This document shows, piece after piece, positions 30,547 through 39,481 of a DNA stretch of 53,711 nucleotides (position 1 is the first letter of the stretch; every line of letters starts with the position of its first letter). The DNA is from an uncultured Gammaproteobacteria bacterium (lineage in GTDB: Bacteria > Pseudomonadota > Gammaproteobacteria > GCA-002705445 > GCA-002716945): positions 1 to 53,711 of the forward strand of contig CACLCV010000004.1 of the NCBI GenBank assembly GCA_902605525.1. Reading direction: 5' to 3'. Made by a program: the position numbers and the translations under genes. Below the pieces are notes generated by a model that saw only the letters and a program-made list of their open reading frames with translations, was not told the origin of the DNA and did no database searches.

Positions 30547-30890
30547 ATATCCTATATATTACATGAAAATGTCGATTAAGAATCTTAAATTTAAATGAAA
30601 AAAGTTTATATTTAATGCACTATATTGGACATTTATTAACAGGACAAAGCTTTCAACGTTTCCTGTCGAATATCATATGTTTATGTCAATGAATATGAAA
30701 TAATATAATTCTTATTTGGATATATATATGATATATATGCATATTTTATTTCGACCATAAGTTGAACGATTTGAGAAAGGTTATGATGCAGTTAAGTTTC
30801 GACATTTTATATTAGATTTATTCACAGAATTATCCACAGAAGCTGTGGATAAACTATAATTGTTTTATAACAAAAGCCTCATAAAACATA
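30547..30890. other. AT-rich intergenic region with clustered DnaA boxes; candidate replication origin or DnaA-regulated locus
   Basis: TTATTCACA 30818-30826, TTATCCACA 30830-30838, TGTGGATAA 30844-30852, weak TTATTAACA 30633-30641; alternating AT tract at about 30720-30750. Confidence 0.55.
30818..30852. promoter_or_regulatory. Three DnaA boxes
   Basis: All three fit the consensus TTWTNCACA; the last two are exact TTATCCACA and form an inverted pair. Confidence 0.8.
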
Positions 30891-30906
30891 GTTTATAATA
30901 TTGGGT

Positions 30907-32871
30907 ATGCAAAAACTTATATCTGTGGCATTAGATGTGCCGATAAATCAACTGTTTGACTATATTGCTGAAAATCAAGACATTAAAATTGGTTGTAGGG
31001 TAAAGGTACCCTTTAGGAGCTCTACCAGAACAGGAATAATTGTAGAAACTAAAAAATTGAATACAGGCCAGACTGCCTACAAGATAAAAAATATACATAA
31101 AGTGCTTGATAAGAGTCGCGTTTTGTCGATTGAGATGATGGAGACGTGTAAATGGGCTGCAACATATTATCACTATCCTATAGGGCAAGTATTATTTAAT
31201 GCTCTAACTCCTATTCATAGAAAAGGTTCTCCATCACCTGATAGAAAACTAATCTTTAATGAGAACAGTTCAAAGTATCAATTGAAACTTAATGAAGAGC
31301 AGTCAAAAGTTGTTATAGATATTTACAAGAATATCAAACAACATCAAGTACACCTTTTAAGAGGAGTTACTGGATCAGGTAAAACAGAAGTCTATACTCA
31401 ATTAGCAATTGATTTGTTACAAAATGATGCACAAGTACTTATAATGGTACCTGAGATAAACCTAACCCCTCAAACAGTAAATAGATTTAAAAAATATCTT
31501 GATCTAGAGCCTTTAGAATATCATTCTAATCTAACACCACTCCAAAAATTTAAAGTTTGGAGAGCCTGTAAAGAGGAAGATAGGCTTATAATCATAGGAA
31601 CAAGATCGTCAGTTTTTTTACCATTTAAGAATTTAAAGCTATTGGTTATAGATGAGGAACATGATCAATCATATAAGCAGACAGAAAAATTTAAGTATAA
31701 TGCTAGAGATATTGGTATTGTTAGAGCTAAATCTTTTGACTGCCCCGTTGTACTAGGTACAGCTACACCCTCTTTTGAGACAATTCATAACGTCAGTATA
31801 AAAAAATATAAGCAACATTTACTAAAAAGTAGATATTTCAAGTCAATGTTACCGCTTGTGACAATAGTAGATACATCAATTGATAAACCAGATGAAGGTC
31901 TATCAAAAACTCTAAAAGATAAAATGAAGATAGAATTAAATAAGAATAACAAAGTAATCCTATTTATTGGGAGAAGAGGGTTCAGTAATACAGTTATCTG
32001 TAGTGAATGCAAGACAATTGTTAAGTGTCCAAAATGTGATTCCAATATAACATACCATAAAAATGTTGAGAGATTGATATGTCACCATTGTGGATTTAGT
32101 CAAAACTTTGACTCGGTAAAGCCTTGCTGTGAAAACCCTTGCTTGGTTCCTCTTGGTATAGGTACGCAAAGAATAGAAAATAAAGTCAAAAACTTGTTTC
32201 CAGATAAAAATACACTAAGAGTTGATAGTGATAATATTTCATCAAAGAGTGATCTCAAAGATTTCATTAAAAAAGCAAATAACAATGAAATTGATATATT
32301 TATAGGAACACAAATGATTGTTAAAGGACATGATTTTGAGGATGTATCATTAGTTGGAATTATTAATATTGATGCAGGGTTATATAGTACTGATTTTAGA
32401 GGCTTAGAAAAGACAGGTCAGCTGATAACTCAAGTATCAGGTAGAGCCGGTAGGCAAAAAGTTAGGGGAAACGTTATAATACAGACTAATAATCCTAAGC
32501 ATGAATTACTTCAAAAAATACTTAGAGAGGGATATGAGAAGTTCAGTAAGGTAGCGCTTAAACAACGCAAAACAGTTAATCTTCCGCCTTATAGTCACAT
32601 AGGAGTTGTTAAAGTTTCTTGCTCAATTAGACAACTTGCAAAAATGACGCTGGTAAACGCAGCAAAACTTAAAAAAAATAAATCTATATTTGTATATGGT
32701 CCTGCACCATCACAAACATCAAAAAAAAATAATCAATACTTTTATCAGATAATCATAGGGTCAGAAAGCTCGAGTCTTTTATCAAAACATATAACAATAA
32801 TTAAGTTATACTTATCCAGCATAGATAAAAGAATAAAATGGTACATTGATATTGATCCTATAGAACAATGA
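30907..32871 (+). CDS. priA: Primosomal protein N' (replication restart helicase), short form
   Basis: VALDVP..LFDY, GVTGSGKTE, PEINLTPQ, DEEHD.SYKQ, two CxxC Zn pairs, KGHDF, QVSGRAGR, IDIDP. ATG 30907 preferred over TTG 30901. Confidence 0.94.
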   Translation: MQKLISVALDVPINQLFDYIAENQDIKIGCRVKVPFRSSTRTGIIVETKKLNTGQTAYKIKNIHKVLDKSRVLSIEMMETCKWAATYYHYPIGQVLFNALTPIHRKGSPSPDRKLIFNENSSKYQLKLNEEQSKVVIDIYKNIKQHQVHLLRGVTGSGKTEVYTQLAIDLLQNDAQVLIMVPEINLTPQTVNRFKKYLDLEPLEYHSNLTPLQKFKVWRACKEEDRLIIIGTRSSVFLPFKNLKLLVIDEEHDQSYKQTEKFKYNARDIGIVRAKSFDCPVVLGTATPSFETIHNVSIKKYKQHLLKSRYFKSMLPLVTIVDTSIDKPDEGLSKTLKDKMKIELNKNNKVILFIGRRGFSNTVICSECKTIVKCPKCDSNITYHKNVERLICHHCGFSQNFDSVKPCCENPCLVPLGIGTQRIENKVKNLFPDKNTLRVDSDNISSKSDLKDFIKKANNNEIDIFIGTQMIVKGHDFEDVSLVGIINIDAGLYSTDFRGLEKTGQLITQVSGRAGRQKVRGNVIIQTNNPKHELLQKILREGYEKFSKVALKQRKTVNLPPYSHIGVVKVSCSIRQLAKMTLVNAAKLKKNKSIFVYGPAPSQTSKKNNQYFYQIIIGSESSSLLSKHITIIKLYLSSIDKRIKWYIDIDPIEQ

Positions 32872-34568
32872 ACAAAAAAATAAAATCTAAAATAGTTGAT
32901 ACTTTAAATAAGCTCTATAGCTCTTTTGAAAGTATAGATAGCCTAACAATAGAAATAAACCGAACCACTGATGCATCTCATGGAGACCTCTATACAAATG
33001 TTGCTATGAAGTTAGCAAAAATACTTAAAAGAAGTCCTATGTTAATAGCTGAAGAAATAACGAAAAACTTAGAAGCAATGGATAGTATCGAAAAAATAGA
33101 AATTGCGACACCTGGATACATAAATTTTTTTCTTACAAAGTCTAATAAGTTTAACGAAATAAACAGAATCATGACTGATGACTTAATAGTCTTGAAAGAA
33201 AATAATAAAAAAAATGTACACATAGAATTTGTATCAGCAAACCCTACAGGCCCACTTCACATCGGTCATGGAAGAGGTATGGTTATTGGAGATACAACTG
33301 CAAGGTTTTTATCATATCAAGGGCATTCTGTTAATAGAGAGTATTATGTGAATGATGCTGGTAGGCAAATTGACCTACTACTTGTAAGTGTACTATTAAG
33401 TTACCTTAATAAAGAGGATCATGTATTCAGTGATGAGAAGGAGAGTGATGAGGGTCTTTTAGTTACCTATAAAGGATTATATATAAAGGATGTCTCAAAT
33501 ATTGTTTCGAATGTTCTTAAAGATATTGATAGTCAGAAAGTTTTAAGTTTACTTAACGAACCAATAGATATTCTAATAAAATTTCTCAGAAAACATAAAA
33601 ATTATTTAAATATTAGAAAAACATTAGTTGATGTAATTATAAATGATTATATCAAAGAAGATTTATCATCAGTTAATATAGCGTTTGATAACTGGTACTT
33701 TGAAAGTGAACTATATAAAACAGGTCTTCTCAAACAAATACTTGTCGATTTAGATAATAGAAATTTAAGCTATAAAAAAGATGGCGCTCTATGGTTTAAA
33801 AATACTAAGTATGGTGAAGAAAAAGATAGAGTGCTAGTAAAAAGTAATGGGGATATGACATACTTTGCCACAGATATTGCTTATCATACGCATAAGTTTA
33901 AACATTATGATTTATTAATTGATATCTGGGGAGCTGATCATCATGATTACGCAGCAAGGTTGAAAAACGCGATGAAAGCTCTTGGATATGATGTCGATAA
34001 TAGATTACAAATACATTTAATTCAATTTGCTAATTTAATTAAAGGTGGCAAATCTATTTCTATGTCAACTAGAAGTGGTGATTTTTATCCGCTGCAAGAT
34101 TTAGTCAAAGAAATTGGATGCGATGCAACCAAGTTTTTTTACTTGACTAAAAAAAAGGAACAACATCTCGAGTTTGATGTCGACCTTGCAATTGAGAAAA
34201 ATAAAAATAATCCTATATATTATATTCAATATGCTCATGCCAGAATAAAAAGAATAATAGATGATTTGAAGCAACAAGATATTAAAAAAGAAGCTTTAAA
34301 TAATTTAAATACTAAAAATGAAAATCAACTTATAGAATTAATTAATCTGTATCAAGATACGATAAATAAGTCTATTAGAGAAATTAGACCAGATATAATT
34401 ACAAATTATTTATATAAGCTTTCACAAGTTTTTCACTCATATTATGCTGAAACTAAAATTCTCTCCTCAGAAATTAAAGGTGAAAAAATTCTACTTATCA
34501 AATGTGTAGATAAAATTATTCTAAATGGATTTCAATTACTTGATATTGAGCCAATGGATGTAATGTAA
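32868..34568 (+). CDS. argS: Arginine-tRNA ligase
   Basis: EFVSANPTGPLHIGHGR, YYVNDAGRQ, WGADHHDY, MSTRSG, YIQYAHAR. Confidence 0.97.
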   Translation: MNKKIKSKIVDTLNKLYSSFESIDSLTIEINRTTDASHGDLYTNVAMKLAKILKRSPMLIAEEITKNLEAMDSIEKIEIATPGYINFFLTKSNKFNEINRIMTDDLIVLKENNKKNVHIEFVSANPTGPLHIGHGRGMVIGDTTARFLSYQGHSVNREYYVNDAGRQIDLLLVSVLLSYLNKEDHVFSDEKESDEGLLVTYKGLYIKDVSNIVSNVLKDIDSQKVLSLLNEPIDILIKFLRKHKNYLNIRKTLVDVIINDYIKEDLSSVNIAFDNWYFESELYKTGLLKQILVDLDNRNLSYKKDGALWFKNTKYGEEKDRVLVKSNGDMTYFATDIAYHTHKFKHYDLLIDIWGADHHDYAARLKNAMKALGYDVDNRLQIHLIQFANLIKGGKSISMSTRSGDFYPLQDLVKEIGCDATKFFYLTKKKEQHLEFDVDLAIEKNKNNPIYYIQYAHARIKRIIDDLKQQDIKKEALNNLNTKNENQLIELINLYQDTINKSIREIRPDIITNYLYKLSQVFHSYYAETKILSSEIKGEKILLIKCVDKIILNGFQLLDIEPMDVM

Positions 34569-35398
34569 TGAAGCAGAACACGATAGCTCTGGTCTATGAT
34601 TTTGACGGAACACTTACCCCAAAAACAATGCAAGAGTACACAATCATTCCTAGATTGAAATTAAATTCTAATAAATTCTGGGCAGATATTCTAAATGAGG
34701 CTAATGCAACCGATGGAGAAATTATGATGATATATATGAGACAACTCATTAGTCATGCTGAATCCTTAGGTATTAAAATTACGAAAGATGAATTTACATT
34801 TATGGCAGATAAAATTAAATATTTTAGAGGTGTAAAGGACTGGTTTACAAATATTAATGATTACATTAAGGAAAACCATAAGAATATAAAAATTACTCAT
34901 TATGTAATATCTGCTGGGCATCATGAAATCTTACAAGCTACATCTATTAGAAAAAATTTAACTAATGTATTTGGTTCTCAGTATTATTTTGATAAACATG
35001 GTAATGCAACATTTCCTAAAATTGTTGTTACTGATACAACAAAAACACAGTTTCTTTTCAGAATTAATAAAGGTAAAGAGAAGTTTTCTGAATCAATTAA
35101 TAGTCATATGCCTGAAAACAGTCGTCCTATTCCATTTGAAAATATGATATACATTGGAGATGGTCTTACTGACGTGCCTAGCATGGCATTAATTAAAAAA
35201 CAAAACGGACATGCTATTTCTGTTTATCCAAAAAAAAGTAATCAGCAAAAAAAAGTCTCTAATGACTTACTATCTGCAAATAGAGTTGATTTTATTGCAG
35301 AAGCTGATTACACAAAAAATAGTCCTCTCTACAAAAAAATGTGTCTTCTGATTGATATGATAAGCGCTAGAATTAAGTATGAGAACGCAGTAAGTTGA
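34568..35398 (+). CDS. HAD-superfamily hydrolase, substrate unknown
   Basis: Motif I DFDGT, motif II ISAG, motif III K (TTKTQ), motif IV GDGLTD; TAATG coupling to argS. Confidence 0.82.
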   Translation: MKQNTIALVYDFDGTLTPKTMQEYTIIPRLKLNSNKFWADILNEANATDGEIMMIYMRQLISHAESLGIKITKDEFTFMADKIKYFRGVKDWFTNINDYIKENHKNIKITHYVISAGHHEILQATSIRKNLTNVFGSQYYFDKHGNATFPKIVVTDTTKTQFLFRINKGKEKFSESINSHMPENSRPIPFENMIYIGDGLTDVPSMALIKKQNGHAISVYPKKSNQQKKVSNDLLSANRVDFIAEADYTKNSPLYKKMCLLIDMISARIKYENAVS

Positions 35399-35400
35399 TT

Positions 35401-35784
35401 TCAACTCTGATCAATGATTTTCATACCTGAATTTCTGTCTAGAAATTTATATTGTATATTTATAACTCTAAAGTATTGCTTAATATGATCCAAGACAACA
35501 TCTAATTTAAATTCTTTACAGCTGTATATGTCTAGTTGGATTATACCAGGGTCTGGCTCATCCCATATATGGATTACTATGTGACTGGTTTCGATTAAAG
35601 CCATGCATGTGGTACCTCGATTGCCTGGTTGATCAACGTAACTAACAGCTGGTCCCTGCATTAATTTCATATCAATTTTTTCAATGAGTTTTTTCATCCA
35701 TTCAAGAACTTCATGAAGAGATTCCTCAGCAGGACAGTCACCTACTTCAGCTCTTAAAACAAGATGTTTATGGTCTAATTGCAT
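35401..35784 (-). CDS. Pyruvoyl-dependent decarboxylase of the AdoMetDC/SpeD fold (substrate uncertain)
   Basis: HL at N-terminus, ALIETSHIVIHIWDE (autocleavage Ser67), QLDIYSC (Cys89); next to speE. Confidence 0.8.
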   Translation of the reverse strand: MQLDHKHLVLRAEVGDCPAEESLHEVLEWMKKLIEKIDMKLMQGPAVSYVDQPGNRGTTCMALIETSHIVIHIWDEPDPGIIQLDIYSCKEFKLDVVLDHIKQYFRVINIQYKFLDRNSGMKIIDQS

Positions 35785-35838
35785 AATAATAAAACTTAAA
35801 TATAATCAAAATTAATATATTCATGGATAAAAAAACTT

Positions 35839-36561
35839 ATGAAAACTAAAAATATATATTATGAGCATGATGACACCTCTGGGACATCAATTGGTGTAAA
35901 GTATGAAAAATATTTATATAATTGTCAAAGTAAATTTCAAAGTATTGAAGTTGTAAAAACATTAAAATATGGCAATGCACTCTACTTAGATGGATGCTTT
36001 ATGCTCTCAGAGACTAATCAAGATTATTATCATAATACATGCCTAAATTTGACTACTAAGAAATCAAAGAATATTTTAATAATAGGAGGAGGAGATTATG
36101 CTATTGCAAGTATGTTAGTTCGACGAAACAGTAATACTAAAATAACTATTGTGGAAATTGATGAAAAAGTAGTGCAGGCCTCCAAAAAATATTTTCCAAA
36201 ACATTTTAAACTTACTAAAAGTCAATTAAAAAATATAAAATTGGTTCTAGATAATGGGATGACTTTTTTAAAGCATGATCTAAATAAATATGATTGTATA
36301 ATAATTGACTCTACCGACCCAGTAGGTCAAGCAAAAATATTATACTCTAAAAAATTTATTAAACTTTGTAATGCTTCACTTATGAGAGGAGGGACTCTAA
36401 TTCAGCAATCAGGATCACCCATAAATGATATGAAAAGTTTAATTAAGCCGCTGGTAAAGAAGTATGGTGACATTGGAATGAAAAAGATAGTTTTATCAAG
36501 CTTTCCTATGCCACTATATCCTACTGGTACTTGGTCTTTTATTAGTGCTAAAAGAGCGTAG
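35839..36561 (+). CDS. speE: Spermidine synthase-like aminopropyltransferase (divergent, short C-terminus)
   Basis: SKFQSI, ALYLDG, YYH, LIIGGGD, VEIDE, IIDSTDP, YPTGTWSF. Confidence 0.8.
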   Translation: MKTKNIYYEHDDTSGTSIGVKYEKYLYNCQSKFQSIEVVKTLKYGNALYLDGCFMLSETNQDYYHNTCLNLTTKKSKNILIIGGGDYAIASMLVRRNSNTKITIVEIDEKVVQASKKYFPKHFKLTKSQLKNIKLVLDNGMTFLKHDLNKYDCIIIDSTDPVGQAKILYSKKFIKLCNASLMRGGTLIQQSGSPINDMKSLIKPLVKKYGDIGMKKIVLSSFPMPLYPTGTWSFISAKRA

Positions 36562-36575
36562 CTTGCACTACGCTC
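36550..36575 (-). terminator. Intrinsic terminator of the torF-glnK-amt transcript
   Basis: Minus strand GAGCGTAG-TGCAAG-CTACGCTC-TTTT, about 20 nt after the amt stop. Confidence 0.7.
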
Positions 36576-36593
36576 CCTTAGGATATGCTTGTA

Positions 36594-37871
36594 TTATTGC
36601 TCTGGGTAAACTGAAGGTTTAGCACCAGAAGCTTTGCTGAATTCTGGATATGCTTCTAATCCACATTCAGAAATGTCTACACCCTCTGATTCTTCATCTT
36701 CGGATACTCTTAAACCAAAGAACATTTTGATTAATGACCAGAAAATATAACTAACTATGAAAGTCCATAGGAATATCATAAGTGCGCCATAAACTTGAGC
36801 ACCAAAAGATCCTCCAGTTAGTGTAACAGCTAGAAGTCCCCATATTCCACAAGTTCCGTGAGCTGAAATTGCTCCAACCGGATCATCGATTTTCATCTTA
36901 TCGAGCATAACAATTGACATAACAACTATTAGACCACCAATCGCACCGATGATAAGTGCAAGCCCTGGTGTTGGCGCCAAAGGTTCAGCTGTTATTGAAA
37001 CAAGTCCACCTATAGCTCCGTTTAATGCCATTGTTAAGTCTGATTTACCAAACATTAGTTTAGAAATAATTAGTGCTCCCATTACGCCACCGGCTGCTGC
37101 TAGGTTGGTATTAACAAATACCATTGATACAGCATTAGCTTCTGCAACGTTTGAGATGATTAGCTCTGATCCACCATTAAAGCCGAACCAGCCTAACCAT
37201 AAAATGAATGTTCCTAGAGTAGCTAGAGGAAGGTTTGCACCTGGCATAGCATTTACTTTACCATCTGTGTATTTTCCTTTTCTTGAACCAAGTACTAACA
37301 CACCAGCTAGTGCAGCAACCGCTCCACATAGATGTACTACACCAGAGCCCGCAAAATCTGAGAATCCAGCTTCGTCTAAGAAGCCGCCACCCCATTTCCA
37401 ATAGCCTTGTACTGGATAAATTATACTGGTCATAACAACACAGAATAATAAAAATGGCCATAATTTCATTCTTTCAGCAACTGCACCAGAAATGATCGAG
37501 CAAGCTGTTGCAACAAACACTACCTGGAAGAAGTGATCTGAAATACCTGAATAATAAATGTCGCCACCGCTGGCAATAGCTGCCTCGGCAGTATTATCAG
37601 CCCCTAAAAAGAATGAGAGCTCAGGTATCACACCTGTACCTCCACCTGGATACATCAAGTTATATCCGACGACCATATACATGATGACCGATATCGAATA
37701 TAAAGATATATTTTTTGTAAGAATTTCCGCTGTATTTTTTGCTCTGACGAGACCAGATTCAAGCATGGTGAAACCTGCTGCCATCCACATGACAAAGGCT
37801 CCCATAACTAGAAAGTAGAATGTGTCTAAAGCATAAGCAAGTTCAATGACTTTACCTTCTAAAGCTTCCAT
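36594..37871 (-). CDS. amtB: Ammonium transporter
   Basis: ATACSIISGAVAER, DFAGSGVVH, WFGFNGGS, DDPVGAISAHG (twin His intact); GGAG RBS. Confidence 0.96.
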   Translation of the reverse strand: MEALEGKVIELAYALDTFYFLVMGAFVMWMAAGFTMLESGLVRAKNTAEILTKNISLYSISVIMYMVVGYNLMYPGGGTGVIPELSFFLGADNTAEAAIASGGDIYYSGISDHFFQVVFVATACSIISGAVAERMKLWPFLLFCVVMTSIIYPVQGYWKWGGGFLDEAGFSDFAGSGVVHLCGAVAALAGVLVLGSRKGKYTDGKVNAMPGANLPLATLGTFILWLGWFGFNGGSELIISNVAEANAVSMVFVNTNLAAAGGVMGALIISKLMFGKSDLTMALNGAIGGLVSITAEPLAPTPGLALIIGAIGGLIVVMSIVMLDKMKIDDPVGAISAHGTCGIWGLLAVTLTGGSFGAQVYGALMIFLWTFIVSYIFWSLIKMFFGLRVSEDEESEGVDISECGLEAYPEFSKASGAKPSVYPEQ

Positions 37872-37897
37872 TGCAATCTCCTAATTAATAACGTTAA

Positions 37898-38266
<369 letters not shown>

Positions 38267-38275
38267 CTAAAATTC

Positions 38276-38953
38276 TTAGAAACTATACCCTAAGCTGAAT
38301 GTAGCGTATGTAGTATCTTTATCTGCTGCTGTTGCTGCTGTTGAGTTTTCAGAGTTTCTTCCAAGAACAACGCCAACGTCAACACCACTTACAGTAGCAC
38401 CATATGAAAGTTCATATGCAAATCCAGACAATTCATCTTGGAAAGTCTGATAACTGAAATCAAGTGGTAGTCCTACAGGTGATAGAGGAACAGTAATTGT
38501 ATAATGTTCATAATCCAGATCTCCTGATGTTGGTTCATATGTACCTGCGAATGCAACATCTAATGCCATGAAACCCATATCAATACCCGCATTCATTTCT
38601 TCGTAGTCACCATCAAAATTGTCTGAGTAGTAGTAGCCAGTTGCACCTAAATACATTGGCATACCCATCATTTCAAAATTGAATCCAGCGTAAACATCAT
38701 ACTCCACTCCTGTGTCTACATCAGCCCACCATGTACCAGCATAAAAGCTACCTGCTTCATAATCTGCACCAAAGCTTGCTGCTGCATCTGATTGGTAGAC
38801 GCCTCTGTACCAATATTCAGACATGAATCCAACATTGTAGCTTACAGAGCTTGCATGATCATCTGCCACTGCTTCACCAGCATGTGCGAACATAGATAGT
38901 GACATCAATGCAGCCATAGCTAATGAAAGTGAAGATTTTAATAATTTTTTCAT
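38276..38953 (-). CDS. TorF-family putative outer-membrane porin
   Basis: Signal peptide (..AHA), SYNVGFMSEYWYRG, YDVYAG, C-terminal YSF; upstream of glnK-amt; AAGGAG RBS. Confidence 0.78.
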   Translation of the reverse strand: MKKLLKSSLSLAMAALMSLSMFAHAGEAVADDHASSVSYNVGFMSEYWYRGVYQSDAAASFGADYEAGSFYAGTWWADVDTGVEYDVYAGFNFEMMGMPMYLGATGYYYSDNFDGDYEEMNAGIDMGFMALDVAFAGTYEPTSGDLDYEHYTITVPLSPVGLPLDFSYQTFQDELSGFAYELSYGATVSGVDVGVVLGRNSENSTAATAADKDTTYATFSLGYSF

Positions 38954-39048
38954 TTATATTTCTCCTTTCGTAAAATGGTTATATTTTAGTTTATTAGTGA
39001 TAGTCGACATTCATCTATGACAAATAGTAAAGCTATCATTAGTAGATA

Positions 39049-39064
39049 TGCATAAACTGTGCCA
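39049..39064 (-). promoter_or_regulatory. Sigma54 (-24/-12) promoter of torF-glnK-amt
   Basis: Minus strand TGGCACAGTTTATGCA; exact GG-N10-GC spacing. Confidence 0.8.
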
Positions 39065-39168
39065 ACTTAAATATTATATAATTTAAGCCATAAGCTTTAA
39101 TCCCTGTATAATATTGTTTGTATATAGTATATAAAAATATCAATTTAAAAAAGGTTTAGGTGTGTATA

Positions 39169-39201
39169 TTTGCAAAATATTTGTAATAATTTTGTAATAC
39201 G
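39169..39201 (+). repeat. Three 11-bp direct repeats, OmpR/PhoB-box-like
   Basis: TTTGCAAAATA / TTTGTAATAAT / TTTGTAATACG at exact 11-bp periodicity. Confidence 0.4.
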
Positions 39202-39220
39202 ATAGGTTTTTTTATTTTTG

Positions 39221-39237
39221 TGCACAATATTAGTGCG
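39221..39237. promoter_or_regulatory. Putative NtrC enhancer site
   Basis: TGCACAATATTAGTGCG versus consensus TGCAC-N7-GTGCA; about 160 bp upstream of the sigma54 -24 element. Confidence 0.65.
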
Positions 39238-39252
39238 TTAAAGGAGTGCAAT

Positions 39253-39477
39253 ATGGAATCAAATAAAATTAAAGAATTAATAGAAGGAATTTTAAATATA
39301 CTTCCTCAAAATACACAAAACATGAAAGATGATGTAAAAGATAATCTTAAAATCTTACTCAGTGATTATTTGCGAAAAATTGATGTAGTCACGAGAGAAG
39401 AATTTGATGTTCAAAAAGAGGTTTTACTGAAAACGCGTGAAAAATTAGATGACTTAGAAGAGAAGTTCAAAAAATAA
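39253..39477 (+). CDS. ubiK: Ubiquinone biosynthesis accessory factor UbiK (YqiC/BMFP family)
   Basis: KIDVVTREEFDVQKEVLLKTREKLDDLE; AGGAG RBS supports ATG 39253. Confidence 0.9.
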   Translation: MESNKIKELIEGILNILPQNTQNMKDDVKDNLKILLSDYLRKIDVVTREEFDVQKEVLLKTREKLDDLEEKFKK

Positions 39478-39481
39478 ATTA

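Noticed and set aside
38995-39041. Imperfect inverted repeat in the torF 5' UTR (TAATGATAG...CTATCACTA)
   Set aside because: A weak AT-rich stem with a mismatch and long loop; may be a 5' stabiliser but does not support an ncRNA call.
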